DNA of 64,000 bases from an uncultured bacterium (GCA_963729625.1 CAVSOU010000007.1:1-64000); one strand, 5' to 3'. Shown: positions 32,047 through 42,717, numbered from the stretch's first letter. Notes: a model not told the origin generated them from the letters alone. Program-made: numbers and translations.

Positions 32047-32741
32047 TGCGATGCTCCAATGTCAACGTCGATGCAGCCCATCCCACAATAGCCCCATGGG
32101 TGGCGCATGGGAATCCGCGCCAAGGTCTAGCTGAGAACACCTGGAACGATCTTCCGCAAGCCTAGCGCCGCCGCAGCGGTCCGCCGCCATCCACGCGCCT
32201 GGGCCGCCACGCTAGAATGCCCCACTATCGCACGATGTCGTTCCAATACGATAGTAGCAGATACCAGCATCGTCGCCGCGTCCGTCAGACTACATTGTCG
32301 CATCGCACCTGACCCGCAGATCTTCAGCGACCTCCCGCAACTGCCTGCATCGAGACACCCGGATAACTTCGGTCATGCAGAGGTTTCACGCCCGGAATCT
32401 ATCCTGGACCGGAGCAACTGGCCTTAAGTTGACTATACGCTACGGATCGATAGTTCGCAAGCCGAAGGCCATTCACCGTTGTACAAAATGCGGGCCCCGA
32501 CCGCCAGTCCGCGGTCATGTCGTGCTGGTGCGCGCTTCACGAGAATGAACGTGCGCCGCACTACCCGGGCTTGCTGGGCCGTTCTCTAGAGAAGCGTGCG
32601 GATAAAGTACACCATCGACAGGGCCACGAGTCGCCTTCGCTTCGAACAACCTGAGGCCGTCAGGCCCGCACCGATCGCCATCGCGCTTGCCCTGACCATG
32701 AACCTGTTGACTGCGTGGCAACCGCTTTCGGCGTGGGCGAA

Positions 32742-33248
32742 TCACGTAGAGTTTGGATCGTGCCCCTTGTCGGTGAGGAACCAAACATCGACGCTTGGTC
32801 CAGGGTAGGCTCGAAGACTGGGGTGCACGCCATCGTACGGCGCGGCAATAGTGCCGCGCACGATGAGGTCGTCACCCACGTTGATAGTAGTCAAATCGAA
32901 CGACGATGGCACGGACAGAATGATCTCTCCCTCTCCAGTTTGACCGTCGTACTGGCCGACATATTCCCAGCATCCTATTACGTTCTTGCCGCTGCCCAAA
33001 GCCTGGCCCAAGAGGTTAGCAACGTTGCACGTCCACGTTACGGCCTGGCCCAGGTAGCGCTTCGGGAGCCTGTTCACCTCGGTGTAGGTGTCATTCGTCG
33101 CCTGGCTATCCCACTGATCGATGGTGACCGTGGGTGTCGGCGGCGCGACAGTGCCCGAGCCACTTCGGCTCTCCATGGACAGCAGCACCAGAACGGCAAG
33201 GATTGCGATGACTATGCCTCCGATAAGCACCATACGCACCTTACCCAT
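32742..33248 (-). CDS. Membrane-anchored/secreted hypothetical protein (OB-fold-like)
   Basis: N-terminal hydrophobic anchor, PT linker, beta-rich domain (YLGQAVTW..VGDDLIVRGTI). Confidence 0.65.
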   Translation of the reverse strand: MGKVRMVLIGGIVIAILAVLVLLSMESRSGSGTVAPPTPTVTIDQWDSQATNDTYTEVNRLPKRYLGQAVTWTCNVANLLGQALGSGKNVIGCWEYVGQYDGQTGEGEIILSVPSSFDLTTINVGDDLIVRGTIAAPYDGVHPSLRAYPGPSVDVWFLTDKGHDPNST

Positions 33249-33611
33249 ATACCGCTCCCTGAGTGCCCAACATCTCAGCACTCAATGGCCATACGGCGGA
33301 CGCATATCTCCATCCACCGGCGGGGACGAGAGCCGCGAGCCTCAGATGCCATGCAGAGCACGTGGCGCGGGGTTCCACACAAACATGGAGTCCCGACAAG
33401 CCGGTATGCTTCGAACTGCCACCTTCGCGGCCACCTACCCCAGAGCAATCGCCCGTGTCGCTGGGGCCGGGCGAGCACGCGCGTGCACCACTGTGCACCT
33501 GCAGCATAGCCTCTCAGTGTGCTCGTGCGAAAGCAAGTTGTGGGCACAGTGCAGGCGCTCATGTGGGTGACATGTGGGCTAGCTGGGCATCGATTCGCCC
33601 ACGCTATGCGG

Positions 33612-34646
33612 TCACATCCTTCCGAGGATTTCCACGAGTGCCGTCGCCAACTCGCGCCGAGTTACCGTCGCCGCGCCGAAGTGCCGGACGACGAGGGCGG
33701 CGGCCGCGTTGCCTATCACGGCTGCATCCGCGAGGGAACCGCCGGCGCAGAGAGTCAGGGTCGCGGTTGAGGCGACCGTGTCACCCGCACCTGTGGCATC
33801 GCGCACCTCCATCAGATTGTATGCCGGCAAAATTGTGAACTCGTCTTGATCATCCAGCGCGACCAGCCCCTGCGCACCGCGAGTGATCAGTATGCCGGAA
33901 GCATCCATCCCTTCGAGAAGCTCCTTGCACGCAGCCCGGAGGTCCGCGGCATCCGCGAGCCTCCTCCCCACGGCCACTTCAGCCTCCGGCTGGTTCGGCG
34001 TAGCAAGCGCGACGCCCTTGAAACGAAACAGATCGCCATGGGCATCCACGGTGCTGACAAGTCCCCGCCGTGCCGAATCTTCGAGACAAAGAGCACAGAC
34101 GTCTGGGTCGAGAACGCCATGCTCGTAATCCGAAAGAATCGTGCCGGTCATTGTTGGCAGAGTTCGCTCGAGAGCTCGCAGGAGCTCGTCCTTGGCTTCC
34201 CCAACAACCGGCGCGGAAACGATGCGATCGACGCGGACAATTTGCTGCTGTACGACCTGAACGCCGCCACCAACAATCCTGGTCGCCGTCGAGGTTGGGC
34301 GACCTGGGTCGACAATCAAGCCACTCGTATTAATGCCGAGAGCGTCAAGCGCGCGACGAAGCTCCGCGCCGGCATCGTCGGCGCCGATGACGCCGACGAC
34401 CGACACGTGCGCCCCGAGCGCGCTGAGATTCACGGCTACGTTCGTCGCGCCACCAGGGACCATAACGCGGTGCGAGAACTCGAGAATCACCACGGGCGCC
34501 TCGCGAGAGATGCGCTGCGGCGAGCCGAAGACGTATTCGTCAGCGACCATATCTCCCACGACCAGGATGCGTTGCTCTGAGAATCCGGCGAGAAGTGCCT
34601 CGAAGCGGTCAGCTTCAGGCACGGCATGCTTCTTCAACCAGTTCAT
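33612..34646 (-). CDS. HldE/RfaE domain-I-like heptose-7-phosphate kinase (PfkB family)
   Basis: ILVVGDMVADEY..RISREAPV, PGGATNVA, LSDY, TPNQPE, DATGAGDTV; start uncertain. Confidence 0.87.
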   Translation of the reverse strand: MNWLKKHAVPEADRFEALLAGFSEQRILVVGDMVADEYVFGSPQRISREAPVVILEFSHRVMVPGGATNVAVNLSALGAHVSVVGVIGADDAGAELRRALDALGINTSGLIVDPGRPTSTATRIVGGGVQVVQQQIVRVDRIVSAPVVGEAKDELLRALERTLPTMTGTILSDYEHGVLDPDVCALCLEDSARRGLVSTVDAHGDLFRFKGVALATPNQPEAEVAVGRRLADAADLRAACKELLEGMDASGILITRGAQGLVALDDQDEFTILPAYNLMEVRDATGAGDTVASTATLTLCAGGSLADAAVIGNAAAALVVRHFGAATVTRRELATALVEILGRM

Positions 34647-34983
34647 TCCCTCAAACGATCGTGCGTCGGCCTCAGCCACGTCCTGCGTTCTGAAACTCGT
34701 TGGGATCCGCAGTCGAAGTCCTCGTCCGTTGCCCCGCCGCCAGCCTAGACTGTACCGTGGCGTATGCCCGCAGAGCAATAGTTGCAAGACGTATGCGCTG
34801 TCTCCGCCTCGTGCCGGCCGAACCTCCCGCGGTCGAGGCACCTTCATAAGCCTGGAGAGCCACATTGGTTGCGTCGTTCTCTTGCGTAGGAACGTGTGCT
34901 ACCATGGGCCATGATCCTCTCCGGGGTAAGGCGGTAGCCAGTGAGCCTGGATCGCCGTCAGGACTGATGTCCAGAATATCTGA

Positions 34984-35733
34984 ATGCCTCTCCCGGACAG
35001 GTCAGGCTCGGAGGTCTGTTCAACGCTGTTCGATACAGGGAGCGAGCAGCGGGCTGCAATGCACGCTGCGCTTGTGCGCGATGTCGCCAAGATCCAACAG
35101 ATCGAGCCCTCGGATCGCTGTTCTGGGGATGCTGCAAGAATGATGGATGTCGGTCTTCTTCCTGGCGGCCAAAAGCGATATGGCTACTTCCTGGGACCTA
35201 TCGGAGCATACCTCGATCTTCTCGTGGCACGAAACGCCACGATCGCCGAGATCGAAGACGGCTTCTTCTGGCACTGCTACAAGCGAGACGCCCCGCTGAA
35301 GCCGGTCACGGGCGTGTTCGCGTTTTCGGAAGTCAAGGACCTCATCGAGTCGATCACGCGCAGCAAAGAGACTATCGCGCGGAATAAGGAAGCGGAGCGA
35401 CTGTCGCGCCGTTCCGGCTGGCTGTTCCGGCGCCATGACAACGAGCCCAAGGAAGAGCCCCCACACCCGCTATTTCCTCTCGGCTATGAAGTTACGCTTC
35501 GGGCCATGGGAAGCAAGCTCGAGGACCAGCGTGCGTATTGCCCGCTCCTTGCCGAGCGAGAAGAGTCCCTTCTTGTCATATACTCACTGCCTCTGCCGAA
35601 CTACATCAAGTTGGATGTGTCGAAGATGGAGACGTTCACTGGCCAGCACGAGGTTGAGTATTCCCGAGATGACCTCGCCGAGATCATCGACATGTACGGC
35701 AATCGACGCGGGGGCTCGCGCTCTCTGGGCTAG
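34984..35733 (+). CDS. Hypothetical protein
   Basis: Long ORF with typical codon use filling the gap between two minus-strand genes; the true start may be near 35140. Confidence 0.65.
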   Translation: MPLPDRSGSEVCSTLFDTGSEQRAAMHAALVRDVAKIQQIEPSDRCSGDAARMMDVGLLPGGQKRYGYFLGPIGAYLDLLVARNATIAEIEDGFFWHCYKRDAPLKPVTGVFAFSEVKDLIESITRSKETIARNKEAERLSRRSGWLFRRHDNEPKEEPPHPLFPLGYEVTLRAMGSKLEDQRAYCPLLAEREESLLVIYSLPLPNYIKLDVSKMETFTGQHEVEYSRDDLAEIIDMYGNRRGGSRSLG

Positions 35734-35801
35734 ATGGCCGTATGGTTACCTGAGATTCTCCTTGAGGGTCGCGAGCGACCGGACGGCGTAGATCCGGACG
35801 G

Positions 35802-36188
35802 CTAGTCCCTGGGCGCTTGGCCGAACCGGTCCACCAGATCCTGCCGAAGAACGGTGGCGCCGCGAAGGTATACGTGATGAACGGCCGACTGCGGCAGATC
35901 GGTATTGTAATGCAGCAGCACGCGAACAACGCGTTTCAGTGCATTGGGAACTGGGATCTCGGTCGTACAAACAAGCGGCACATCTATCCATCCCAGTGCG
36001 CGCGCGGCGTAGGCCGGAAAGGCGGCGTCAAGGTCCGGGGTTGTCGTGAACCACGCCGAGGCGATTTCCTGCGGGTTCAAATTGTTCCGCACCACCATGC
36101 TTCTGAGAAGTTCGCTTGTAGCGTCACCAATAGCATCAGGTGTGTTCGCGTCTGCGGTGATGGCTCCGCGGATGCCTCGTACCGGCAT
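35802..36188 (-). CDS. aroH: Chorismate mutase, AroH class
   Basis: RGIRGAIT, FTTTPDLDAAFPA, HVYLRGA..LR. Confidence 0.95.
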   Translation of the reverse strand: MPVRGIRGAITADANTPDAIGDATSELLRSMVVRNNLNPQEIASAWFTTTPDLDAAFPAYAARALGWIDVPLVCTTEIPVPNALKRVVRVLLHYNTDLPQSAVHHVYLRGATVLRQDLVDRFGQAPRD

Positions 36189-36248
36189 CTGTTCCCCCCT
36201 ACATCTGTGCTCCGTCCATGCGACACGGGCCCGATTCGCATAGAGCGT

Positions 36249-38480
36249 CTAGAGCTTCTCCAGCTTTGCGAAGTTCGTATCGAGAGTCTTGTCGACGATC
36301 TTTCCGTGGGTATCGGTGAACCGCACGACGACGACGTCATGACGTCCCTCGACCTCACCCGAGACCACGGTCCCGACTCCGAAGATCTTGTGCCGCACTC
36401 GTTCGCCGGACACATAGGTCGTTATCGCCGCGCTGTCGGCTTCCTCCCCTTCGGTCCACGACGCAGTCCGGGCCATGGCGGCGACCGGACGGAGACCGAT
36501 ACGCGGAGGGGAAGACTCGTGCCCTGCCTTGCCATCCGTCTTTACAAGACCGACTGGAATGTCCTGGATGAATCGTGAGGGCAGGTTCGTCTGCACGTTC
36601 CCAAACACTGTGCGCCTCCGCGCGTTCACGAGATAGAGGTGCCGCTTGGCACGAGTGATGCCGACGTACGCCAAACGACGCTCTTCCTCCATTTGGCGGG
36701 GATCGTCGAGGCTTCGGCTGTGAGGGAACAGCCCTTCCTCGAGTCCTGTGATGAAGACCACCGGGAATTCGAGGCCCTTCGCGGCGTGCAGGGTGATCAG
36801 CGTCACCCTATCCTGCGCATCCTCTTGGTCCCGCAGGTCGGCCGAAGCCGGGAGACGATCCGTGTCCGCCACAAGCGCAATGTTCTCGAGCAGGGCGGCG
36901 AGCCCGTCAGGCGCAGGCATGGCCGCATATTCAAGAGCGAGCGAGCGCAGCTCCTTTACGTTTTGCCAACGGTCGTCGCCCTCGTTTGTGCCATCGCGCA
37001 GCCATTGCGCGTAGCCTGACGATTCCAGCAGGTCGTCAAGCAGGTCGAGCACATTCGTACAACCGGCCTTTTCCTGAAGCCGTGAGACGAGAGCATCAAA
37101 CTCGACTAAAGCGCGCTGCCCCGCGGGCGGAACGTCCACGAGATCCGCCGCTCTCCCCATAGCTTGGCGCAGCGTAACGTGCTCGGCGGCCGCGAGGTTC
37201 TGCAACGCGCTCAAGACCTTAGGACCAATCTTGCGCGAAGGCACGTTGATGATCCTGGAAAGTGATACCGCATCGTGTGGATTCGCAATCAGTCGTAAGT
37301 AGGCGATGACGTCCTTGATCTCGCGGCGCTCGTAGAAACGAACTCCTCCGATCAATACGTACGGGATGCCCTCTCGTACAAAGGCGTCTTCAATGGCCCG
37401 CGACTGCGCATTGGTGCGATACATGATCGCGCAGTCTTGCAGGCGCGCGTCACCACGTCCTCGCAGGCGCAGAATCTCGTGCGCCACCCATGTGCCTTCC
37501 TGCATCTCGTCGAGGGCAACGTACCGATGGATTGGCAGACCACCGGAGTTTTCAGTCCATAAGCGCTTTGGCTTCCGCCCGAGGTTGAGTGACACTACCG
37601 CGTGCGCGGCGTCCAGGATCGTCTGCGTTGAGCGATAATTCTGCTCGAGCTTCACGACGGTGGCATTTGGGTAATCCTTCTCAAAATTGAGGATATTCCG
37701 AATGTCTGCCCCCCGCCAGCCGTAGATTGACTGATCATCATCGCCCACGACGCAAAGGTTGTGGTGCTCGCTTGCGAGTAACCGGACCAGCATGTACTGC
37801 GCGTGATTCGTGTCCTGGTACTCATCCACCGAGATGTATTTGTAGCGGCGGCTGATCTCCCGTCGGCGGTCGTCAAGCTTCTGGAGATGCAGAACGGTCT
37901 GCATAATAAGATCGTCAAAGTCCAGAGCATTGTTCTCACGCAGCTTTCGCTGGTAGCTATCGTAGATGCGCCGGACGAACTCGTCGATATAGGTCTTCGG
38001 CTCGTAACGCTCGGGCGGTATCAGGTCGTTCTTCGCCTGCGATAGTGCATTTCGAACCGCACCAGGGCTCACCTGCTTCTCCGGTATATGCAACGACGCC
38101 ATGACTGCCTTGATCACGCCATTTTGGTCGTCGTCATCGTAGATCGTGAAGTTGTCGCGCCCTGCAGCCCTCCATTCGCGCCGAAGCAGGCGAACGCAAA
38201 CGCTGTGAAACGTGCCGACTGTCACGTCGCGCCCAGACGGGCCTGCCACCTGGGCCAGCCGCTCCTTGAGCTCCCCCGCCGCCTTGTTTGTGAACGTGAC
38301 CGCGAGCAATTCCCAGGGCCGTGCGTGGCCGTTTTGCAGAAGGCAGCCGATCCGCTGCGTCAGCACACGAGTCTTTCCTGAGCCAGCACCGGCCAGGATA
38401 AGCAGCGGGCCGTCGACGTGCTCGACAGCTGCCCGCTGTGCCGGGTTGAGACTTTCAAGGCCGAGCATAGACACGATCAA
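36249..38480 (-). CDS. pcrA: ATP-dependent DNA helicase PcrA/UvrD
   Basis: AGAGSGKT, DEYQD, VGDDDQSIYGWRGA, YRTNAQSR, HAAKGLEF, EERRLAYVGITRA, Tudor-like C-terminal domain. Confidence 0.97.
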   Translation of the reverse strand: MIVSMLGLESLNPAQRAAVEHVDGPLLILAGAGSGKTRVLTQRIGCLLQNGHARPWELLAVTFTNKAAGELKERLAQVAGPSGRDVTVGTFHSVCVRLLRREWRAAGRDNFTIYDDDDQNGVIKAVMASLHIPEKQVSPGAVRNALSQAKNDLIPPERYEPKTYIDEFVRRIYDSYQRKLRENNALDFDDLIMQTVLHLQKLDDRRREISRRYKYISVDEYQDTNHAQYMLVRLLASEHHNLCVVGDDDQSIYGWRGADIRNILNFEKDYPNATVVKLEQNYRSTQTILDAAHAVVSLNLGRKPKRLWTENSGGLPIHRYVALDEMQEGTWVAHEILRLRGRGDARLQDCAIMYRTNAQSRAIEDAFVREGIPYVLIGGVRFYERREIKDVIAYLRLIANPHDAVSLSRIINVPSRKIGPKVLSALQNLAAAEHVTLRQAMGRAADLVDVPPAGQRALVEFDALVSRLQEKAGCTNVLDLLDDLLESSGYAQWLRDGTNEGDDRWQNVKELRSLALEYAAMPAPDGLAALLENIALVADTDRLPASADLRDQEDAQDRVTLITLHAAKGLEFPVVFITGLEEGLFPHSRSLDDPRQMEEERRLAYVGITRAKRHLYLVNARRRTVFGNVQTNLPSRFIQDIPVGLVKTDGKAGHESSPPRIGLRPVAAMARTASWTEGEEADSAAITTYVSGERVRHKIFGVGTVVSGEVEGRHDVVVVRFTDTHGKIVDKTLDTNFAKLEKL

Positions 38481-38726
38481 TCCACATGAGCAGAGACGAT
38501 TGCCGAGTCTTCAGTGTAGCCGATAGTAGAACAGCCATCCAAAATACGCCAGACGTTCTGGCGAATGGGTCGACAGCTGCAGCCAGCCGGCTTCTGCAAC
38601 GACAAGCCATCGAGTCCAAACCGTCGTCAGGTGATCTGGGGCCCGCCGCCGAACGTGGCGGAAACACTGATGTGACCTGAAGCGCCGAGGCTGTAAGATG
38701 TAAAGACAGAAGGCTGGTGGACCAGA

Positions 38727-39554
38727 GTGAATGCAGATCGCCGGCTCCTAGGCGGGCTGGGTAGAGTGGTTGGGCGCCAAAGTGCTGACGATCGCTCAAA
38801 TGTGCTCGGAATTCCTATCGACGCCCTGACCATGCGCCAGACGGTCGAGCAGTTGCTGGCCTGGATCACGCAGGGCCAGTCACGACACGTTGTCACTGTC
38901 AATCCAGAGTTCATCATGCTCGCACGCAGGAACATGACGTTCCGACACGTGCTGCGAAACGCGGATCTGGTGGTGCCTGATGGAATCGGCACGGTGGTGG
39001 CCGCGCGCATTCTCGGCAGGGCCCTTCCCGAACGAGTTGGCGGCGTCGACCTCGTCGAGCAACTCGCCGTCGCCGCGCCACCCGGCACCCGACTATTCCT
39101 GCTGGGCGCAAGACCGGGTGTTGCCAGGAAGGCGGCCGCTGTGCTGTCGGCTCGCAATAGCGGCCTACGCGTGTCCGGCGTCTTCGCGGGCTCGCCGTGT
39201 TTGGAGCATGAGGACGAGATAGCCCGCAGGATCATCGCCGCGCGTCCAGACGTGCTGCTGGTTGCCTTTGGCGCCCCGGCGCAGGAGTTCTGGATCGCGC
39301 GCAACCGAGAGCACTTGCGTGTGCCCGTGTGCATCGGTGTCGGGGGTGCCTTCGACTTCATTTCCGGTCGCACCGCGCGAGCACCGCGACTGCTGCGGCG
39401 AGCCGGTCTGGAGTGGGCACACCGGCTCATGCGGGAGCCATGGCGATGGCGGCGCATGCTTGCACTACCGCAATTCGCATTGCTCGTGCTTCTAGAGCGC
39501 GCGCGTTTCGCTGTGTCTGCGCGGCGGTGGAAGAGGGCCGACACGAAGTCATGA
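38727..39554 (+). CDS. WecB/TagA/CpsF glycosyltransferase
   Basis: VTVNPE, PDGIG, ERVGGVDL, GAPAQE, GVGGAFD, RAP..GLEW..EPWRWRR. Confidence 0.95.
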   Translation: MNADRRLLGGLGRVVGRQSADDRSNVLGIPIDALTMRQTVEQLLAWITQGQSRHVVTVNPEFIMLARRNMTFRHVLRNADLVVPDGIGTVVAARILGRALPERVGGVDLVEQLAVAAPPGTRLFLLGARPGVARKAAAVLSARNSGLRVSGVFAGSPCLEHEDEIARRIIAARPDVLLVAFGAPAQEFWIARNREHLRVPVCIGVGGAFDFISGRTARAPRLLRRAGLEWAHRLMREPWRWRRMLALPQFALLVLLERARFAVSARRWKRADTKS

Positions 39555-40687
39555 GTCGACCGGCCCGAATCGCAATCGTCCACGACTACCTGCTGCAGAT
39601 TGGCGGTGCGGAACGCGTGCTGGAGGCACTTCACACCCTGTGGCCGGCCGCGCCGATATTCACGACATTCTACGACCGGAAGAAGCTGGCGGCACGCGGC
39701 TTCGGCATCTCACCCGAGACCGTGCGACATCTGATGCCTGATTGGCTTCCGCGCAGACGACTACTTGCCAAAGCCTGTACGTTTGTCTATCCCTACGTCT
39801 GGCGAAGCCTTGATCTCAGTCGCTTCGACCTCGTGATCAGCTCGTCCTCATTCGCGGCGCACCAGATCGCAGTTGGGCCAGACGCGAAACATGTCTGCTA
39901 TTGCCATTCACCGCCGCACTTCCTCTACGGCCTGCACACCGAGCTCGACCACGACAGGATCCGCCGAGTGATGCCATTCCTGCGTCCGGAGTATGACCAC
40001 CTGAGAAGGCTTGACCAAGAAGCTGCCGCCAGGGTCACCCAGTTTGTGGCAAACTCAGAGGTAGTGCGCGGTCGCATCTTCAGGGCCTATGCTCGGCAAA
40101 GCCGTGTCATACATCCTCCCGTCAACACTGATGCCTTCACCCCGGCCAGAGCACCCCTCGACCGCACGTATTTCTTGTCATACGGGCGACTGGTGCCTTC
40201 GAAGCGCGTTGAGATTGCCATACAGGCAGCAAACATCGCGCGCGTTGCGTTGGTCGTCGCCGGCACGGGTCCCGATGCTCCGCGCCTCAGGAAGCTGGCC
40301 GGTGCGACGGTCACGTTCGCGGGTTGGCAACGTCCCTCCGACCTGTCCAGGCTCGTCGCGGGTGCGCGGGCCGTGCTTTTTCCTCCCGAGGAAGACTTCG
40401 GCATAGTTCCAGTAGAGGCCATGGCCGCTGGTACTCCGGTACTCGCGTATCGGCACGGCGGTGCGCTCGAGACCGTCGTCGAAGGCGCCACCGGCGAATT
40501 CTTCGCGCCGCAGACCGGTGCGGCGCTCGCCGAACTGCTCGTTCACTTTGACGACCAGCGCTACGATGCGCGCGCGTGCCGCGATCGCGCTGCCCTCTTC
40601 GACACAGCGGTATTCGTCACGCGAATGCGCCGCCTGGCGAGCGCAGTGCTCGATGGAACCATTGCATCTGAAGCCATGTTCGGGTAG
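39551..40687 (+). CDS. GT4 glycosyltransferase
   Basis: IAIVHDYL..GGAERV, YCHSP, EEDFGIVPVEAMAAG; ATG 39551 overlaps the tagA stop. Confidence 0.93.
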   Translation: MSRPARIAIVHDYLLQIGGAERVLEALHTLWPAAPIFTTFYDRKKLAARGFGISPETVRHLMPDWLPRRRLLAKACTFVYPYVWRSLDLSRFDLVISSSSFAAHQIAVGPDAKHVCYCHSPPHFLYGLHTELDHDRIRRVMPFLRPEYDHLRRLDQEAAARVTQFVANSEVVRGRIFRAYARQSRVIHPPVNTDAFTPARAPLDRTYFLSYGRLVPSKRVEIAIQAANIARVALVVAGTGPDAPRLRKLAGATVTFAGWQRPSDLSRLVAGARAVLFPPEEDFGIVPVEAMAAGTPVLAYRHGGALETVVEGATGEFFAPQTGAALAELLVHFDDQRYDARACRDRAALFDTAVFVTRMRRLASAVLDGTIASEAMFG

Positions 40688-40702
40688 CATAGTGAAAGCC
40701 AT

Positions 40703-40773
40703 TGGGGGATCGTCTAGCGGTAGGACAGCTGACTCTGGATCAGCCAGCCGGGGTTCGAATCCCTGTCCCCCAG
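40703..40773 (+). tRNA. tRNA-Gln (anticodon CTG)
   Basis: Acceptor TGGGGGA/TCCCCCA, anticodon arm GCTGA-CTCTGGA-TCAGC, T-loop GGTTCGAATCC; followed by CCCA rather than an exact CCA. Confidence 0.96.
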
Positions 40774-40780
40774 CCCAGAG

Positions 40781-40818
40781 AAAAGGCCCTCCGAAGTACG
40801 TACTTCGGAGGGCCTTTT
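40781..40818. terminator. Bidirectional intrinsic terminator (perfect 38-bp palindrome)
   Basis: AAAAGGCCCTCCGAAGTAC|GTACTTCGGAGGGCCTTTT directly after the tRNA. Confidence 0.85.
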
Positions 40819-40841
40819 TGCTGCCGATTACTATGAAATTG

Positions 40842-41069
40842 CTAAGGCGCACAGGAAACGGCCCGTTTGCGGGTCGCCAGCGCGCCTGAAAGCAGGTCGA
40901 GTGCATGCGCCCGCTGGTCGCGGTAGGTCTTCGGGTACACGTCGCGCATGATCTGGACGTTGGCATGTCCCACCAACTCGCTCATGGCTTTGAGGTCTGC
41001 GCCCCCTGCCAGAAATAGCGAGACACAGGAGTGCTGCAGATCGTAGCTCGACGCCGCCCGGACGCCGTA
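40842..41069 (-). pseudogene. Tyrosine integrase C-terminal remnant
   Basis: Manual translation YDLQHSCVSLFLAGGADLKAMSELVGHANVQIMRDVY is a decayed HxLRH..LGH..Y box II; in-frame TAA at 41070-41072 upstream; convergent on the tRNA. Confidence 0.8.
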
Positions 41070-41116
41070 TTATGATGGTGCCGGTTGATGTTCCGGCACC
41101 TGAGGGCATGGTACGG

Positions 41117-42646
41117 ATGGCCAGCGAGACGCCGCTCTTCGTGCTCCACGTGATTGGCCTCGCCGGGTTCCTTTGGCTGGGCCTGTATGTCGTAGCGCGC
41201 GGGCAACGCAGCACTGTGTCTGTGCTCACCGGCAGCACGGCGCTTGCCACGGCCCTGTTCTTCCTCTATGGGAGCGTGGAAGAGGCGCTACACGATGGAC
41301 CTGCCAGCGTATGGCTGACACTGGACCGGTTTGGCTGGTTCTGCGATGTGCTTCCCATCACGCTCTGGCTCCACTTGAGTCTCTGTCTGAATCCGCACGC
41401 CGTGTCAGGGCGCTGGCGGCAACCCCTCCTCTGGGCCAACTATAGCGCTGCGGCATTGATCGTGATCCTGGGCACGGGTACCAACCTGGTGCGCGACTAT
41501 ATCGCAATCCACCACGATCCGGCTGGACCCCTCTATGGGCTGTACACCGGCTACCTGCTGATTTGCACCGGCCTCGCGGCAATCAACTTGGTTGCCCTAC
41601 TGCGCGTCACCGCGACCCACCACCAGGAGACCGCAGCGCCGTCACTGACGCCTGTATCTGCCCTGGAGGCACGGCTGCTGGTGGGAGGCGCGCTCTGCTT
41701 TCTGGTCGGCAGCGGCTATGAGTCGCTGCGCGAACTGCAACACGCTGCCTGGCCCGAGTTTGTTACCTACCTGCTGTTGCTGACCGGTCTGGGGGCAGTC
41801 CTGGCGACCGTGGCAGTGCGCAGTGCCCTGCTGCTGGGGATAGATGTGCGCCGCGATTTCCTCTACAGTGCCACGGTGCTGGTTGCCCTCCTGGCGGCAT
41901 TGCTGGGCCTTGCCGGAGGCCTGATTGGCTTCGACGACGCACGCGGCCGCTGGCTCATCATCGGGCTGCTCGCGGTGATCACGCCGTTCAATCCGCTCTC
42001 CGACCGCGTGCGCGAATGGCTGGACAGAGTGTTCTTCACCGACGCTGTGCGCGAGGAGCGCGCGGCAGCACGCGCCTACATCGGGGCCTTGGCCACGCCG
42101 CCGGCTGGGCCCAGCCCGGAGCTGGCCACCTGCAAGCAGTTCAACGACGCCGTGCGCCGTGCGCTGACCCACCTGACCGATCCGACCAGAATGGCTACCA
42201 GTTCGCTGCTCAACCTCACGAGCGTCGCACGCGCCGTGCAGGACCACGCGCTGGAGGACAATCGACTTAATCGCGCGGCAATGCTCGCGGAGACCTTAAA
42301 GGACCTCCTTGAGACGCTCAAGCCCGCCGACGAAAGGCACGGCGTCGTGGCCGAGGCTGCCCGTTTCTATAACTGCCTGTACTACCCATACGTGCGGGGT
42401 ATCGGCCGCCGCCGCTGGCCAGGAGTGCTGCGCCAGCTCCAGGAACGGCGGCAACGAGAAGGCGGGCCGCGAACCGACCTGGAGCGGGTAGTGGAGTGGC
42501 TGCTGCAACTGGATGAGGCCACCTTCCACAAGTGGCAGCGGCGTGCCTCGGATACTCTCGCGGCGGCCCTGCGGGAGCGTGAGCGCGCGGCAGGGGGCCG
42601 GGCGCCGGCAGAGTCCCTGTCCGAGGCCCCCGTATCCCGACAGTAG
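41117..42646 (+). CDS. Multi-TM (HisKA-7TM-like) sensor protein with a cytoplasmic helical/HTH-like C-terminus
   Basis: About 9 hydrophobic segments, then VRRALTHL..L..SSLLNL and TFHKWQRRA; no kinase boxes. Confidence 0.7.
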   Translation: MASETPLFVLHVIGLAGFLWLGLYVVARGQRSTVSVLTGSTALATALFFLYGSVEEALHDGPASVWLTLDRFGWFCDVLPITLWLHLSLCLNPHAVSGRWRQPLLWANYSAAALIVILGTGTNLVRDYIAIHHDPAGPLYGLYTGYLLICTGLAAINLVALLRVTATHHQETAAPSLTPVSALEARLLVGGALCFLVGSGYESLRELQHAAWPEFVTYLLLLTGLGAVLATVAVRSALLLGIDVRRDFLYSATVLVALLAALLGLAGGLIGFDDARGRWLIIGLLAVITPFNPLSDRVREWLDRVFFTDAVREERAAARAYIGALATPPAGPSPELATCKQFNDAVRRALTHLTDPTRMATSSLLNLTSVARAVQDHALEDNRLNRAAMLAETLKDLLETLKPADERHGVVAEAARFYNCLYYPYVRGIGRRRWPGVLRQLQERRQREGGPRTDLERVVEWLLQLDEATFHKWQRRASDTLAAALRERERAAGGRAPAESLSEAPVSRQ

Positions 42647-42717
42647 TGCCGGCCTGACAACCCGGGCGCGCAGGCTAGCGCGTATACCCCTGAAGCTGGC
42701 GGCTACCTCCAGCAGGA

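Noticed and set aside
40178-40966. 262-aa minus-strand ORF
   Set aside because: It crosses the tRNA, terminator and GT4 gene; spurious.
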